From assembly GCA_003693705.1 (NCBI GenBank), contig RBZT01000959.1, positions 1-64,000 on the forward strand: a stretch of DNA of 64,000 nucleotides, given 5' to 3'. The stretch is from Polymyxa betae A26-41 (Eukaryota; Protista; Endomyxa: Phytomyxea). This document shows, one piece after another, positions 11,013-24,593 of this stretch; the stretch's first letter is position 1; every line of letters begins with the position of its first letter. The notes beneath the pieces are model-generated. The model saw only the letters and a list, made by a program, of their open reading frames with translations, was not told the origin of the DNA and did no database searches. Both the position numbers and the translations under genes were made by a program.

Positions 11013-12843
11013 ATGTTGCATAGAATACGTCAAAGAGAGTTAGGAATCACAAAACCATGCTCCTTCCAATGTACTCTTAACAATGAATTCCTTCAATTTG
11101 GGCTGACTTGGACCTCAGTGCTACGATGTGGAACATTTCAGTCTGAGTTTGAAGATTTATTTCGATTTGAAGGTGGTATGGCACAAGAAGAATTTGCTGT
11201 TCCATATGATGTACAATTTAATAAGGTAAATCATACTCCTAAGAACTTGTTGCTATTCAATTCAATGTCTACTTAGATGCCCTCTTCAAAACGACTTTGT
11301 CTTGTTGCTGATGAAGTACAACCCTTGTATTATACTATATAATGCTATTTCAATATAATATTGTCTAGGATGGATATGTTAATATTATTGATAGCTCTGA
11401 TCGTAATATTGGTAATGAGAGCTTGTTCATTGATTTGTATCTATCAAGTTAATTATGTATTGCAGTATGGTCCCAGCTAATACATAATAATGCTATATAT
11501 TGTGCTCAATGGACAAATAATGATGAAGCAATCCTAACCGCTTCTGGAGATAAAACTTGTTGCATCACTGATATCGGTAATGACCTGCTTCAAATACAAT
11601 CAATAACCATACCGCTTATTTATTGACATTATAGAAACTCAGACACAACTACTGGCTTGTGGCCATACTGGCTCAGTGAAATGTGTCTCTATACATCGTG
11701 ATAATCATCAAATATTTGCAAGTGGATCTCGTGATGGCAATGTCTGTATATGGTCGAACATTATTGAGTGATATTATTATTCAATGTATTAAATGTATAT
11801 TCAGGGATACAAGAAGAGCAAGTCATATACCAGGTAGTTGTCTATTTCCAATAGGAACATTGAAACTACCACATTCGACCTCAAAACCATCCACACCTAA
11901 AAGATTACGAGCTGGTGCTCGGAAACCCTTCCATACTGATCCGCCAAAATCCGTATCTGCTGGTTTGTGTAGATATTACTGAATATCATTGCTTGAACTA
12001 ATGTACTTGTGTTTTAGTTGTGTTTCTGGGTGATACAAATCTATTAGCAACAAGTGGAGCTTCTAATGGTCTCGTTAAGATATTCGATCTTCGAATGTTT
12101 AACGAGCGCAACGTCATTGCACAATGTCGTCCTCAGCAGGTTTATTGATCGTTCAGAATCTGTTCAATTTATTGACATTGATAATTGTAGAATGTTGGGA
12201 TATCAAGTTTAAATCTTGATGAAGGAGGTAGTCGATCTCGACTTTTAGTGACATGTACTAACTCAGCTCGTCTTATATATGGAGATTGTTGTGAAAAGGT
12301 ATCAATAATTGATATTTGATTATAATAGAGAAGTTTACAGACTGTAGGGATTGAACTCACAACCAATAATTATCAGCCAGAAGCCATATCACTGCTCATT
12401 CTTTGTAAAATCTTGTTTCTCCCCTTGTGGCAGATATATACTTGGAGGAACACCTAATGGATATTTGCACATATTTGACAGTCAACATCCTGAACTTGCT
12501 CAATCATTACCAGATGCAGGCACGGGTGATATTAATGGTGTGGCATGGGATAGATACAATCCAGATCAGATTGTATCATGTGCTGATAGTCAGTTGCTCT
12601 AATCGCCTAACCAACCTGTTTTAACCATTGAGTTTAGACGGAGATATTCGGATCTGGAGATACAGACGATACGATGCAGACATTAAGATTCCCAACATTA
12701 TTAATGTGCAAGCAATATCAGAAAATATCAAGGAGGAAGCAGGATCCAATGATTCAGTGTTGGGGACATCTACTATGCCTACCAGACAAACCACATTGGA
12801 TGAAGTTTGGAGGAGATCAAATACCACTCCAAATTCCACCTAA
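11013..12843 (+). CDS. DTL: Denticleless/CDT2 WD40 substrate receptor of CRL4 (multi-exon)
   Basis: MLHRIRQRELG, HNNAI, ILTASGDKT, GHTGSVK, FASGSRDG and SFFVKSCFSPCGRYIL. Confidence 0.85.
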
Positions 12844-13145
12844 GAAATTTATATCATACTTATTTATATTTGACGTATTGAAATCCTAAAATTGTACTTG
12901 CTGACTTCAGGCTCAGATTGCAATTTATCCATTCAGTGTGTCAGTGCCATTTGCCTTAATGCTGGATTCAATATTTTCTGTACGGTAAACGCCATCCTGA
13001 ACGACAGCACCAATTGTGCATGATGAACTAGCAGGGATTGTGTGAAATTGGAGAGAGGCAAACCATAGTTTGGTAGGCACGCATATCGATATTCACGAGA
13101 CGATTGCCGATCTGGGTTCTTTAGCTTCTTGAAGATTGGCAGCAT

Positions 13146-13695
13146 TACTTGAAGTCATATGTTTGCCTCATGGTACTGACAACAGTCATCGGAAGGCATC
13201 CTGATTGAACGGTAACAAATAGGCAAGAAACATTTGATGGATCAATGTCAACAAAATGATACAACCATATCAAACAACAACCATAACAAGACGATTGTTG
13301 TAATCCAGACGTCATAGTAGCGTACTACTCAAGCAAATAATTATATCATAGTCATGATTGCAATCGCCAACGAATTTGATCAAGTTCACTTAGATTTGCC
13401 GCTTAGATTGCAACAAGTCGTGTAATTATTCTGGTTGTACAGGAATTCGACCAAATATATAGAATTTACTATAATAATCAAATAATGGCAGATTAGCCAT
13501 GGAAGAGCACTTCGCACCAGTTAGCAGCGAATTCATTACGGAACTGAAAAGCGTTCGTAGTGTTCAACAATGTCACATCCAATCAATCCATTAAACCAGA
13601 CACGAATCGTTAGAAAAGAATGCCCTGTGATATCGGATGGGAATAATGCTACTGTAACTTAACAGAAATAACAGATTGATGAATCGCTGGAGCAT
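13146..13695 (-). CDS. Possible small membrane protein (tentative spliced model)
   Basis: Hydrophobic start MLQRFINLLFLLSYSS and a later VWITTIVLLWLLFDM segment, joined through plausible short introns. No recognised family. Confidence 0.3.
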
Positions 13696-13857
13696 GATAA
13701 GATCTGGACATTAAGTATTATTGATTGTACAAAAACGAAGAAGGTGAGCAGTTGATGGCCCCTCTTGCCTTGTAACTAAGGGAATTTATATTGTAGAAGT
13801 ATACCACATCTGACCATAAATCAACATAAATCGATGAATATGCATATATATATAATA

Positions 13858-16800
13858 TTATAACACGATGAGATTACGTCTAAGGAATGTCTCGTTCGGA
13901 AGGGAGTCTTCTAAATGTGATATCATTTCTTGGAGAATGTTCCTACGACCATGGTTAATACAATCAGACAATAGATACAGTAATATTACTTTTGAGATGG
14001 TGACAGCACTCGTCTCACATTGTCTACGCTGCTGCTTCAACAATTGAATTTGCGTTGTCTGTGCACTTAGAACGATCTAATTTCATTCATAAGAATCACG
14101 AAAACAATGAAATAATGTGTTTGTACTTGGAATTCCTTCAATTGCCGCCCTGCACGCGTAAGCGCTTGAGATTGTAAAAGGTCTTTCTCTTGTAGATCTT
14201 TTAGGCGATTCTTGAGATCTAGAGATGAAATACGATCCAGGTTGATCTATCAGAAGTTTAGAAGCTGATATTCTGTTTTTCTTTTTTTGGAGATTTTACC
14301 AGTTTAAGAAGAGAATGGAACTGATTGCAGAGCGTTCGTCTTTCGCCTTGGATATATTCTTTCATAAACGTTTTTACTTGAGGAATTACTAATACTACAG
14401 CTCGCAATCCCCTTCTAATCGTGACATTCAAATCAGTAAGTGTCTTTTTGAACATTTCGTTTTGAGACTGAACACATTTTAACTCAGCCTAGAACCTTTT
14501 CAGAATGATATTTCTGGGAACGACACGGTGACCTGATAGAACCCCATTTGTTCTTGAGATTGAGATAATTGCATTTGTAATGATGAGCGGTCGTTCTCCA
14601 GAATGACTATCTGATTTTCCAACTTTTTTGGAGAAGAATTCTGATAAGATAACAATCAGGATGCAGTTTAGTGAAATGATCGGTAATACCTGAACGGACT
14701 GGGCAGACAATGCCTGCTGAGTTTTTTCAAGATCAGATAGATGCTGCTCTAAAAGATATCAGGCTTTGAATGATTGCTGATTGTTAAACACAATACTGTT
14801 TAAAGCATCAAGTTTGACAACATCGAGTTTATATTGCTGTAGTTCAGCACGTGTGAGGTGTAAAGTGTCTTGAAGCATACGAAGACGCCGAGAGAAAATC
14901 TGAGAAATACATTCAGCCATATTAGCTTATCAACAGTAAAAATTAGACCTGTTTAGCACGTCCTTCTCCGATCAATAAAACTTTGGATCTATGTAGCTCT
15001 TCATCAACTGAACGATGAGCATTTCGAAGATCACGTTCGGTCTCTGTTAAATATTGAATTTAAGACGATAACGAACTCACTATAAAGTGAACCATTTACC
15101 TTCCATATGATAGATTTCATTAACAGATTCTTGTAGTAGTCCAACATAGGCTTGTTTCTCGTTTTTAACGCGCTCGAAATCTTCTAGAATCCTGTACACA
15201 AAGTTCATAAGACAATAATGAACGAGATATAGATAATTATAACCGTGATTTCTCTGTGTTGGCTTCCTGTAGCCGAATCTCTAATTCTGTAATAGCAGAT
15301 GCAGCCTTATTGAGACATGAACGAAGTTGAGATATCTCATCTTGAAGTTCATGACCTGCTCGATTCCAGTGATGTAATGATTTGGTCTGTTCATCATCTA
15401 TATAGAGCAGTTCCTCATATCACAAGACAAATCTCTGCTTTTGTTGATTTCAAATACCGAGTTGCTGTTTCTTGCTTGCACAGCAATGACAGTATATCGG
15501 TAGATATGACGTCTTGCCACATTTCTCACAGCGACGATCTGAAAATGAGAATATTCAGTGTCAAGATAGGATCGCTCGCTATTCAAGCAGTGACCATCAA
15601 AATGAGTAAGATCGTGAAGAGACCCTTTGGATTTGCAGAGCGATGTCACATCCTTATTAGATGATCGCAAGGAAGCTAGTTGATCAAAGAGATGGGAAAG
15701 TTGTTGAAGTTCAGGACTAAATCTTCCTGGAGGGTAAGCGTCTGCTTCTGTAGATTGCTGATCAGCTAATAATATTTGATATCAGTAAAGCTGCATACCG
15801 ATCGTGTTTAACACTCCACGAAAGCTGTGTACCAGATCAAAACAATCGTCAACGCAGCTTAATTTGGTTTGATCAATAAAATCACATGAGCTGGTACGAT
15901 CCTCCAACTGCTTTAACAAACTGTCTACACCTTGTGCATGACTTGTCTTTAGCTCCAACTAAACAGAATTTAGGGATATTTTCGAGCAGCTGAGCACAGA
16001 ACGAGACCGTTTCATTGGCAACGATCCGGGAAATCTCTTCGAAAATTTTACAGAAACCGATTGGAAGATCTACAGATAAATGAACGACAGGAATTTCAAT
16101 AGAAGAGACAATAAACTGATACCATCCCGGTAGAGATCATTAAGACAGCGAGCAGCATTTAACCACTTGATGGCATCTGCGAAAAGTGGAGGATTAAATT
16201 TCGGATCTGTTTTTGAAAGTTGCAATGAATATCTGAAAGAATTGCAAATATTAAGATACCTACTTTGGATATTGATGTGTCGATGAAGGATCATATTATT
16301 GGCATAAAGACAATTGTCTTGTTGGAGTATACAAGATTCAACTCGCTATCAACAGTCTAAACCTCAAATAATAACAAGTAAAGTCTACATACGTTAATAT
16401 AATGATGCTGGATTTGACTCTCAAGATTATTAATCTGATTGACATGTAATCGCGTCAACTGCATCAGATCATCGGCCTGTATATCTATCATTAAGTCTAT
16501 CTTCTGATAGCTGTAAGATCACCTCATGCTGAAGAGAAGCAATAATGTGCATTGTTTGGAATTGCAGCGATTCGAACAATGATTTTAGTGAATTCTGAGC
16601 TGACAGCTCTTGAGCTGACAGCTGGTTGGAGTGGTCAAACTTTAGATTGACATCACCCAATTCCTGGCCAGTTCTAGATAAGAATATGAAAAACTTCAGC
16701 AATGATGGCATACCTGGCTAATTTCAGTGATTCGTTGTTCTAGTTGAACACGCTTGCTACAAATCGTATTGATTAGTCAGCAACAAAGCATTTACAGGTC

Positions 16801-19684
16801 ATTACCAGAGCAATTCCTCAATCGAAGCTTGAGAACAATCCATAATTCGCTGAAATCCTGCCTGTTCGCCTTTACGAATCCTCTTAAACTCACGACGATC
16901 ATGCTCATGCTGAGATCGTATGATATTGAAGGCTTTCTGAACGATGGAGATTTGTTCGGAATTTCTATGGAGGCGGAACGAAAAGAAGGTGATCTTTTTG
17001 GAAATTTGAGCTTCAAATTCCTGTAATGACATTTCCATTGCTTTTGGTAAAGATGAAAATGCAGCATACAGAGTCTGGAATTTAGCAGCCGTTGTCTCCA
17101 GCTTAGACTTCAAAGCAGATGCGCTGAACTCAAGATCTTTCTTGCTTTCAAGTTCTGACGATAACTCCTTAATTCGTGTCTGATACCGCCTAACATCTTC
17201 AAGAGCTTGATTCTTAGCGGCTTTCAGGGCGTTATTAACAATGTACAGCTGTTCACATTCCAATAATGAAGTTTCAAGCTCAGATACGATCTGCTTTTCA
17301 CTCTGTTTGTTATCAACATGTTTCGAAATGGTCTTCTCAAGTTTAGAAACCTAAATTGATAATTATCATTATACTAATGGGACTGCAATCTTGAACTAAC
17401 CTCTGATTGCAAATACTCATTTTGTAATTCAAGCTCCATATTTCGTTCACGAAGAGTACCTAGCAAAGATAAGAGGCCAAATGACAAATTTTAAAGAAGT
17501 ACTTTGGATATCGTCATTCTTCGATTCGTAATGATCCTTGATATTCTCAATCTGCTTAAGAGAGGTATCCTACAGTCAGATGTTAATATTGCAGATTGAA
17601 GAGAGCTAACTGTAGCACTTTGAGAGATTTCAGCTCACATCTTGCCTTTTGCAATTCCGCCTCATGCGATGAACGTATCGATTGAATCTCTTCCGAATAT
17701 TTACTTTCAGCTAGAGCAAGGGCATTCTCAGCGTCAAGCGCGCGTTTGTTAAAAATCTGCTGAAGTTCACAAAGCTCCTGTTTTGTGGTTCCGTATCCAT
17801 CTTCAGTGGCCTTCAGAATCTGTTCCAGTTCATGAAGCTTTTCAGCATAGCTTTGAGCAATATTAGCCTGATGGCGAATCTCCTTTATATGACGTTCCTC
17901 GATTTTCCTGAGAGACTGATTGAATTGTGATTCACACTGCTGCTGAAGCTTCTCGTTTTCCTCCTGATGGCATTTCTAAATGACTCTGATTAACACATTC
18001 TATGGAAAATGGATTCGGTTACCTGAAGAGATTCAATTCTATCTTGAAGCATGTTCAAGTCATGCACGTAAGAGGAGCGACTTGAGGCGATTTCTTCTGA
18101 GAATTTTGATTCAGATAGCTTTAGTGCATTTTCAGCATCATTCATCCGCCTCAGATAAGTTTGTTCAAGCTCAGATGAATCGCGTTTAGCAATTCGGCAT
18201 TGCTCTTCAGACGCTACCAATAAATCTTCTGTTTGTTTCAGTTTCTCAGTGTAGTTCTGTATCAGCTCGGATTGAGATTGAAGGTCTTTTTTGTACGTTT
18301 CTTCTACCGCCAGGAAAGCTGATTCCGCTTCCTGGACCGTTTTCTCGTAACTTTGAAGGAGTTTTGATTGATGTTGAATCTCCAGCAAATGATTAAGATT
18401 AGAATCCTTCAGTTTCTCAGCATTTTCCAGGGCTTGCTCTTTTTCCTTCAGTTTGATTGCGAGATCCTCATTCTGGGAGGATAAAGAATTGTTTCGCTTT
18501 TCTAAATCTGAAATTTCTGCTGATAAAGCAGCGTATTTTTCGTTCGATACGCTGCATTCCCGCTTTAAAGCAGCAATTATTTCACGATAGGATGCACAGT
18601 CTTGTTGAAATTTAGCGTTATCAGACTCCAGATTAAGATATTTGTTCCGATGATGGTTGATATTGGCAGCAGCGCTTTGCAATTTAGCAAGCAATTGATC
18701 ATTTTCGTTAGCATATTGCTGACATCGAGATTGAAGCGATGAGAGGTTAGTGCAAGCCATATTATATTCAATCTTGAGTTTTTCCAGCTCAGAGTTAACA
18801 GCAGATAGTTCCGATTTTAAATAAATAACCTGCTCTTCAGATTCCACCAAAAAATCCTGATTCTGCTCAAGTTCAGTGGACAGTCTCTGATTTAGAGATT
18901 CCTAAAGACGGCGTCAGTGCATAATATAGTCAGATGTTGTATCAATAAACCATATCTTTAAGTTGAACGTTCAAGATGGAACATTGTTTTTCACAACTGG
19001 ATGCACGCTCTATTGCTTAATAAATGAAATGATGATGGATTAAGTTGATTTAGACCTTCAATGGCAGAGTTAACATGAGAAAGCTGCTGGCGTTCGGACT
19101 CGAGTTGAGCTTGAAGGCTGTTAATCGTGATGTGGGCAGCATAAAGTTCCGATTTCGACTCATGGAGCTGATTCTCAAGTACCCTGTAAGCAGCTTCATC
19201 ACTATGAAGTTGCTCTACATAAAGCACTTTTAAAGAGTAATACGACGATAGCAAAGAAACAGGTTGACCTTCATATTCTGCCTGAAAGCGTTTTGAAAAA
19301 TTTTGTGCCTCTTCAACTTGTCCCATTAATTGCATTCGCTTTACAAGCAATAGCTCGATTGTATGAGCTTGGTTTTCAACAGACCTCAATAATGATTCAT
19401 TACGTAGCCGAAGCTGATTCTGGACTTCCATCGCTTGTGCTAACTCTTCAGTAACTTTAACTGATGATTCCAGTTCGAAATCCTGGAACAATAAGAAACA
19501 TCAGCACATCGAAGGGTTTAAAAAAGCACGAGCAGCAACTGAAATTTGTTGAACTATTTTGGTCAGAAAGTAAAGAGGCAAAATTGCAAAATACTTTGAA
19601 TTTTTCTAGATGTTGGGCCATTGCTTGTAAGGCGGCATCTTGCTGAGCTAGTTTTGTTCGCAGATCAAGATCGGTTGTGGCCAT
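13858..19684 (-). CDS. Very large coiled-coil protein (multi-exon; 3' end approximate)
   Basis: Starts MATTDLDLRTKLAQQ. A long run of E/Q/L/K-rich heptad exons (e.g. 17990-18850, 16802-17263) is separated by ~50-nt introns. Confidence 0.75.
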
Positions 19685-20027
19685 CAGCGAGATGGCAGGC
19701 AGCGGGTTTGCTGAATATTGGTAATTGAAGATTGTAATGATCTGGTATGCAGGTTATATTGCATAAAGTGTTGCAGCGACCCTATCAATGGTAGTAATAG
19801 CGCTGTGGCCCATGACCTCTATCCGCGACCCGGTATCCTTGAATTTATCAGACTGTTCTCTGAAAGGTTCTAGCTCATGTGCTGTGTGCAAACTGATTAT
19901 CATATCAGGTTGGGATCGCTTGTCGCGAGATGATGAAGAAATGACACAAGCCCCTCATGTTCTGATAACCCGTTCAATGGAAGAGTCTCTTTAATAAAAA
20001 TTATGACATAAGGTGGATAAACAATGT

Positions 20028-21781
20028 TCAAGTTCTAGATCGTAACTGTTTGGAACTTGCGTCCAGTTCACGAGCAATCATGTGCAATTTTCCCTCAACA
20101 GGATTCCAACCTCGCTTATTCTTACCCGGTTGATGAACGTTTGCTAACATGTTCGTCTAATTAACGAATTCAATACATTGTAACTTCATTAACGGATTGC
20201 ACTTACAACATGCTGAACCGCCTGGTCTTGAAGCTTTATCATTTGCTCAAGTCGATTGATCTGTGCAGTCCAATGCTCCTCAGCCTACACCTATCAGAAA
20301 TAGAAATTTTAGCAATAAAGCATCACCTGTGTAATGGTAATCTTCAAAGAAGAACGAATGCGAGTGAGCCGCTGTAACTTTCTTTCAATCCATATAGCGC
20401 TGTGATCAACTTTTAAAATCTACAAATCTGCCATGAAAATCAATTCTATACGTTAAGTTAGCTTGTTCAGGATCGTTGACGTCAAATTTTGGTGGTCTGT
20501 CATCGCTGTATGGAATAACGAGTTCATGATCATTACAAGGCGAATATAAGGGAATCGAGGGGACTTGCAACTTCTGCAAGCAATGCACAATTCGTTCAAT
20601 CACAGATGATAATTTCCTCAATGTGTCGCTATATGCATGGACCGAGTTCTGCAGAATGATAAGAACACAACTAAACAGATATTAATGTAAACTACCTGAA
20701 CTTTTTCTAGACTTTGCTGATGCTTTTGTTCGATATTTTGCTTTTCCTCGTGCTGGCTTTGTGACATGGATTTCCATTTCTGCAGTTCATCGAGGAGAGC
20801 AGCTTCGCGTTTAGAGAAAGCATTTAGGTCACTCTCTAAGCGGGTGATCTTTAAGTAACTGCCGAGATTGTCAGAATGAAGAGCAGAAACAACATGACCT
20901 ACCTCTCGTTGCATTTCTTCTCAAGTTCCATTAAAGCGGAATGCTTCTCCTTAGCCTCGACATCAGCAACACGAAGCCGATCATATGCAGTAGAACTACG
21001 ATCAGTCGCCTTATTGAGCTCAGATCGAGCATCTGCGAGTTCATTCTGGATTCGGGATTTTATGGCATCGCTATTCTGAAGTTTGAGCAAACAATCACTC
21101 AAATTGTCTTTTAGAGTGGAACAGCTTTTCTGAGATTCTGCTAATTTCTGTTCAAGATTCTCAATAGTTCCTTTTAGGTAAATGTTTTCGCTAACAGCAT
21201 GATCGTATTGAGTGATTTTGTCTCGAGCTGTTTCATATTCCGACAATTTTTTGGTTAATTGCTGTGAAGCTTCTTTCATTTGATTCAGCTCAGACTCTGC
21301 AGACTTTAATTTTTGTTCTGATTCCTGCAATTTAAACGATAGCTGGTTGATAGTTAAATTAGAACGCCGAATCTCTTCCTGATTTGTAAGTTTTTCGTTG
21401 TCGGATTTGATTCTATTGAAAGGTAAGAAGACATAGACCATTCTTCACATTTTAATACCCATTAGAGGCCCTTAAAAGCTCAATGTCATTCTGAAGAGTC
21501 TCGATAACATTTCTGGCTTTTACCAAAAGCAAGTCTCGCTGTTGGACGGCTTCGTTTTTGATATCAAGCTGTGCATTAAGCTCGGCATTCAGACGAACTA
21601 ATTCGCTGATATCTCCAGGATACTGCTGAGTTAGACGCTCTTCCAGATGGTATATACGTAGTTTTAGATTGAAGTTCTCTTGCTCGAGCGAATCTGGCAA
21701 TTGCCTTTTATCTGCATCGAAAGAATATACAGACCCCTGCGAAATCCATGAATCATCGACAATATGAGAGTGGAACATCAT
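20028..21781 (-). CDS. Centrosomin-motif-1 (CM1/Cnn_1N) coiled-coil protein, gamma-tubulin complex receptor-like
   Basis: LEQENFNLKLRIYHLEERL near the N-terminus, followed by coiled coil. The spliced frame ends ...KQLRSRT-TGA at 20028. Confidence 0.8.
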
Positions 21782-22242
21782 TAAAGAACCTGTCTTAATG
21801 GTGGCATATCTCATAGACAGATTTGATCAATGCCCTAAATATCATGTAGAGATTTCAAGGGGGGAATGCAGGACCTTCCGGATATTCACGGCCAATTTCC
21901 TCACGATTTTGGGTTCAATTTCATTCATGATAAACTTGTTACTTCATTTATGTGAGCTACTATGCATATTGGTTTTTTGGGTTTGAGCGCCCACAAGTTG
22001 TCTTAATATGCCGCAGGGATAGCTAAAATACGTGGTATTGATTGAATCACAGTCAAAGCAACTTTGTTGCTAAAGTACGTGCTCTGCTCTACATCACATT
22101 CTCGACGATCCCCAATGATTCACGACGTTCTGAAAAGCATCCAGTTGAAAAGTTGAATCCCTGAATCATGAAGGCAGCTAATACGGATTCGCACTAATTG
22201 ATATCTGTGAGTGTCAACTGGATCACTTTTATCAATTGAACC

Positions 22243-24593
22243 ATGTCCCGACGGGCTATTCGAAAGGCATTTCCTGAGCCAAATATTGACCAGATTAGTG
22301 ATACTTCTAGTCATGAAGGTTCTGATCCCGATCTCGTTGAACCAAAAGCAGTCAACCAGTTCTTGGTTTTGAATGGTTCGGACGAATCTGATGCTATTAG
22401 TACAAGATCTCCTTCTCCTCTTCCCGTAAGGGCGCTGTCGCCTGCTAAAAAAATCAGCAAGAAAAAAAAGCAGGTTATATGATGATAGAAACACAAATCG
22501 ATCCATCTGAACCATGATAGAATCCGAAGAAAGTGAAACCTGATAATCTGGAAGAATTATCTTCTATTCAATTATCAGCGGTGAATGGTGTTATCAGATG
22601 ATGAGGGCATGATGTTCACTGATGTTTAGGTCAACGAATCTCTGCAGGATTTAACACTAAGCACTACTTGCACTATCGATTCATTGCTACGCTCTGAAGC
22701 CCGATATCTCGATGCCGATCGTGAGCTTAGGAACCTTTTTGGTTCATCAGTCTTTCGGCAAGACGAACCCGATTCTTCTGCTGTCCGAATTCGACGTCCA
22801 GTCAGGTCGCAACGAGCTCGGCTTCGAAAAACCGTCATCGTCAAAGCGAAGTGAGTTAAGTCTTCCTCAGAAATCTGTAATAATATTTGCGAAGAGACGA
22901 ATGGAGTCATACCCCATTAAGTCAGATCGGTTTATCGATGCGATTCGATCCCGATATGGGGCTGTTCCAGTTTGAGATGTCTCCAGAATATTTGAGCATG
23001 CAGGAGCAATTTGAATCGGCCTCAATGACGTTCGATCCGCAATCGATTGCCACTCTGCTTCAATTTCAGCCTTGGCATTGTGATACGTTAATTCAGATGG
23101 TTACCTTTGTTCATAATTCTTGTAGTAACTTTGGACTCTAATAGACGGTTTCAGGGCGAAATTTACCGGGTGCATGGAGAATTTGCTTTGAGCGCTGATT
23201 TAATTGCTCGAGCTCTGTATGCGCTCGAGTGCAACTTCCATCCAAAACTCGACGTTTTATCTGTATACTTATTTTGAGTTCTGGCTCGTATGTATGTGTA
23301 ATAGAAATCAGGGTACACCGTCCTGCTACCTGGATCCTCAATCACCGGTCACCCGCTCGTTTATTCGAGCTCTTAGGCGTCACATGCAGTTTAATGGCCG
23401 TAAGGGCTGTGTCAGGACTGCTTTTGAGATCAGCAAACTGTTTTTCAACTTTACAAGATCACCGTATGGAACTGATAACTCCATATTAATGTTGATACTG
23501 ACCTTATTATTAGGACACCTGCACTACCTTCATCGTTCATGATTGAAGCACTGATGCATATGGCCTACTATGCATTCAGAAGCAATGCTTTTCATTTTGT
23601 TTTAGATTTTGTTTCGAATTTCGATTTGTCCTTGACACAGAACATTGAAAATATAGATCAAGTCCCCCTCTCTTCAACACTGCTCATGCTGCCTATTTGG
23701 TGCTTCGCAACAGCATTGGTCCCGTCGTAATATTCCCCATTTTACTTTTCTTAATGTTATTTAGGCTAAATACAAAACTGAGAAAGAGCATGTTGTTTTC
23801 GACGATGTTGTTCTTGTGACCATTACTGTAAATCATGATGATGCTACCTCATCACTTCTTGTCCAACAATCTCTTTTATTGTATCCTGAAGGGCTGGAGC
23901 CGCTTTTGCTACAGATAAGGTTCATTATAGTGGTTCTGTTACTTACTTGCCAATTCTTGACGTTTTGATTGCTACAGTCAGAACGAGATATCAAAAGCAA
24001 AGTGGAAATCAGTATTATCGCACAGTCTATTTAGAAATGCCAGGCTTTGTTTACAAGACACTCCTTCCCTCAAGAAGTTGATCGATATATTTGTCACCAG
24101 ATGCCATTCTTTATGGAAAGAAGACGATGTACGCTTCCTAGTTTATTTTCTCACAGAATTAATTTCAAATCAGATATTGGATTGGTTGGCAATCAATGCA
24201 CAAAGTTTGATCAAGAAGATGGATGATGGTTGTACTATGGTTCATGTCGAATATAAAGTTCTCAGTATTTTATTAGGGATTTGTGTCACCGATGAATTTG
24301 ATCAAAACCGGACCGACTTCCTACAGACGGTTGCTTGTGAGGAAGCCTGCAAGCTAGATGTGTGTGAATTTTCTGATTCAATTTCTACCATTCCGCTAGC
24401 CGAGCAAAGACAAATGGACGCACAGCAGGCTCCAGGTAATACGATATCGTTCTTAATACCCTTGTATAATGACGCCATTCGTTATTAAGAGCATATTGTT
24501 GAGAATCCCTTTACTGGTCGGAATCCTTTTGTAGCATTTCTTGCATCAATGTTGCCTTGGGTTAATGTACCGGATCAGCAACAACAGCAATAA
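22243..24593 (+). CDS. TCF25: TCF25/Rqc1 ribosome quality control factor (multi-exon)
   Basis: MSRRAIRK start, RYLDADRELRNLFGS, QPWHCDTLIQM, DLIARALYALE, RKGCVRTAFEISKL and C-terminal FLASMLPW. Confidence 0.88.

Noticed and set aside
19833-19840. GTATCCTT U12-type donor
   Set aside because: Intergenic and opposite to the flanking genes' strand. The similar ATATCCTT near 29555 is exonic.
13858-21781. One giant CM1 coiled-coil gene
   Set aside because: The spliced frame hits TGA at 20028 and a new ATG begins at 19684, so it is treated as two genes.
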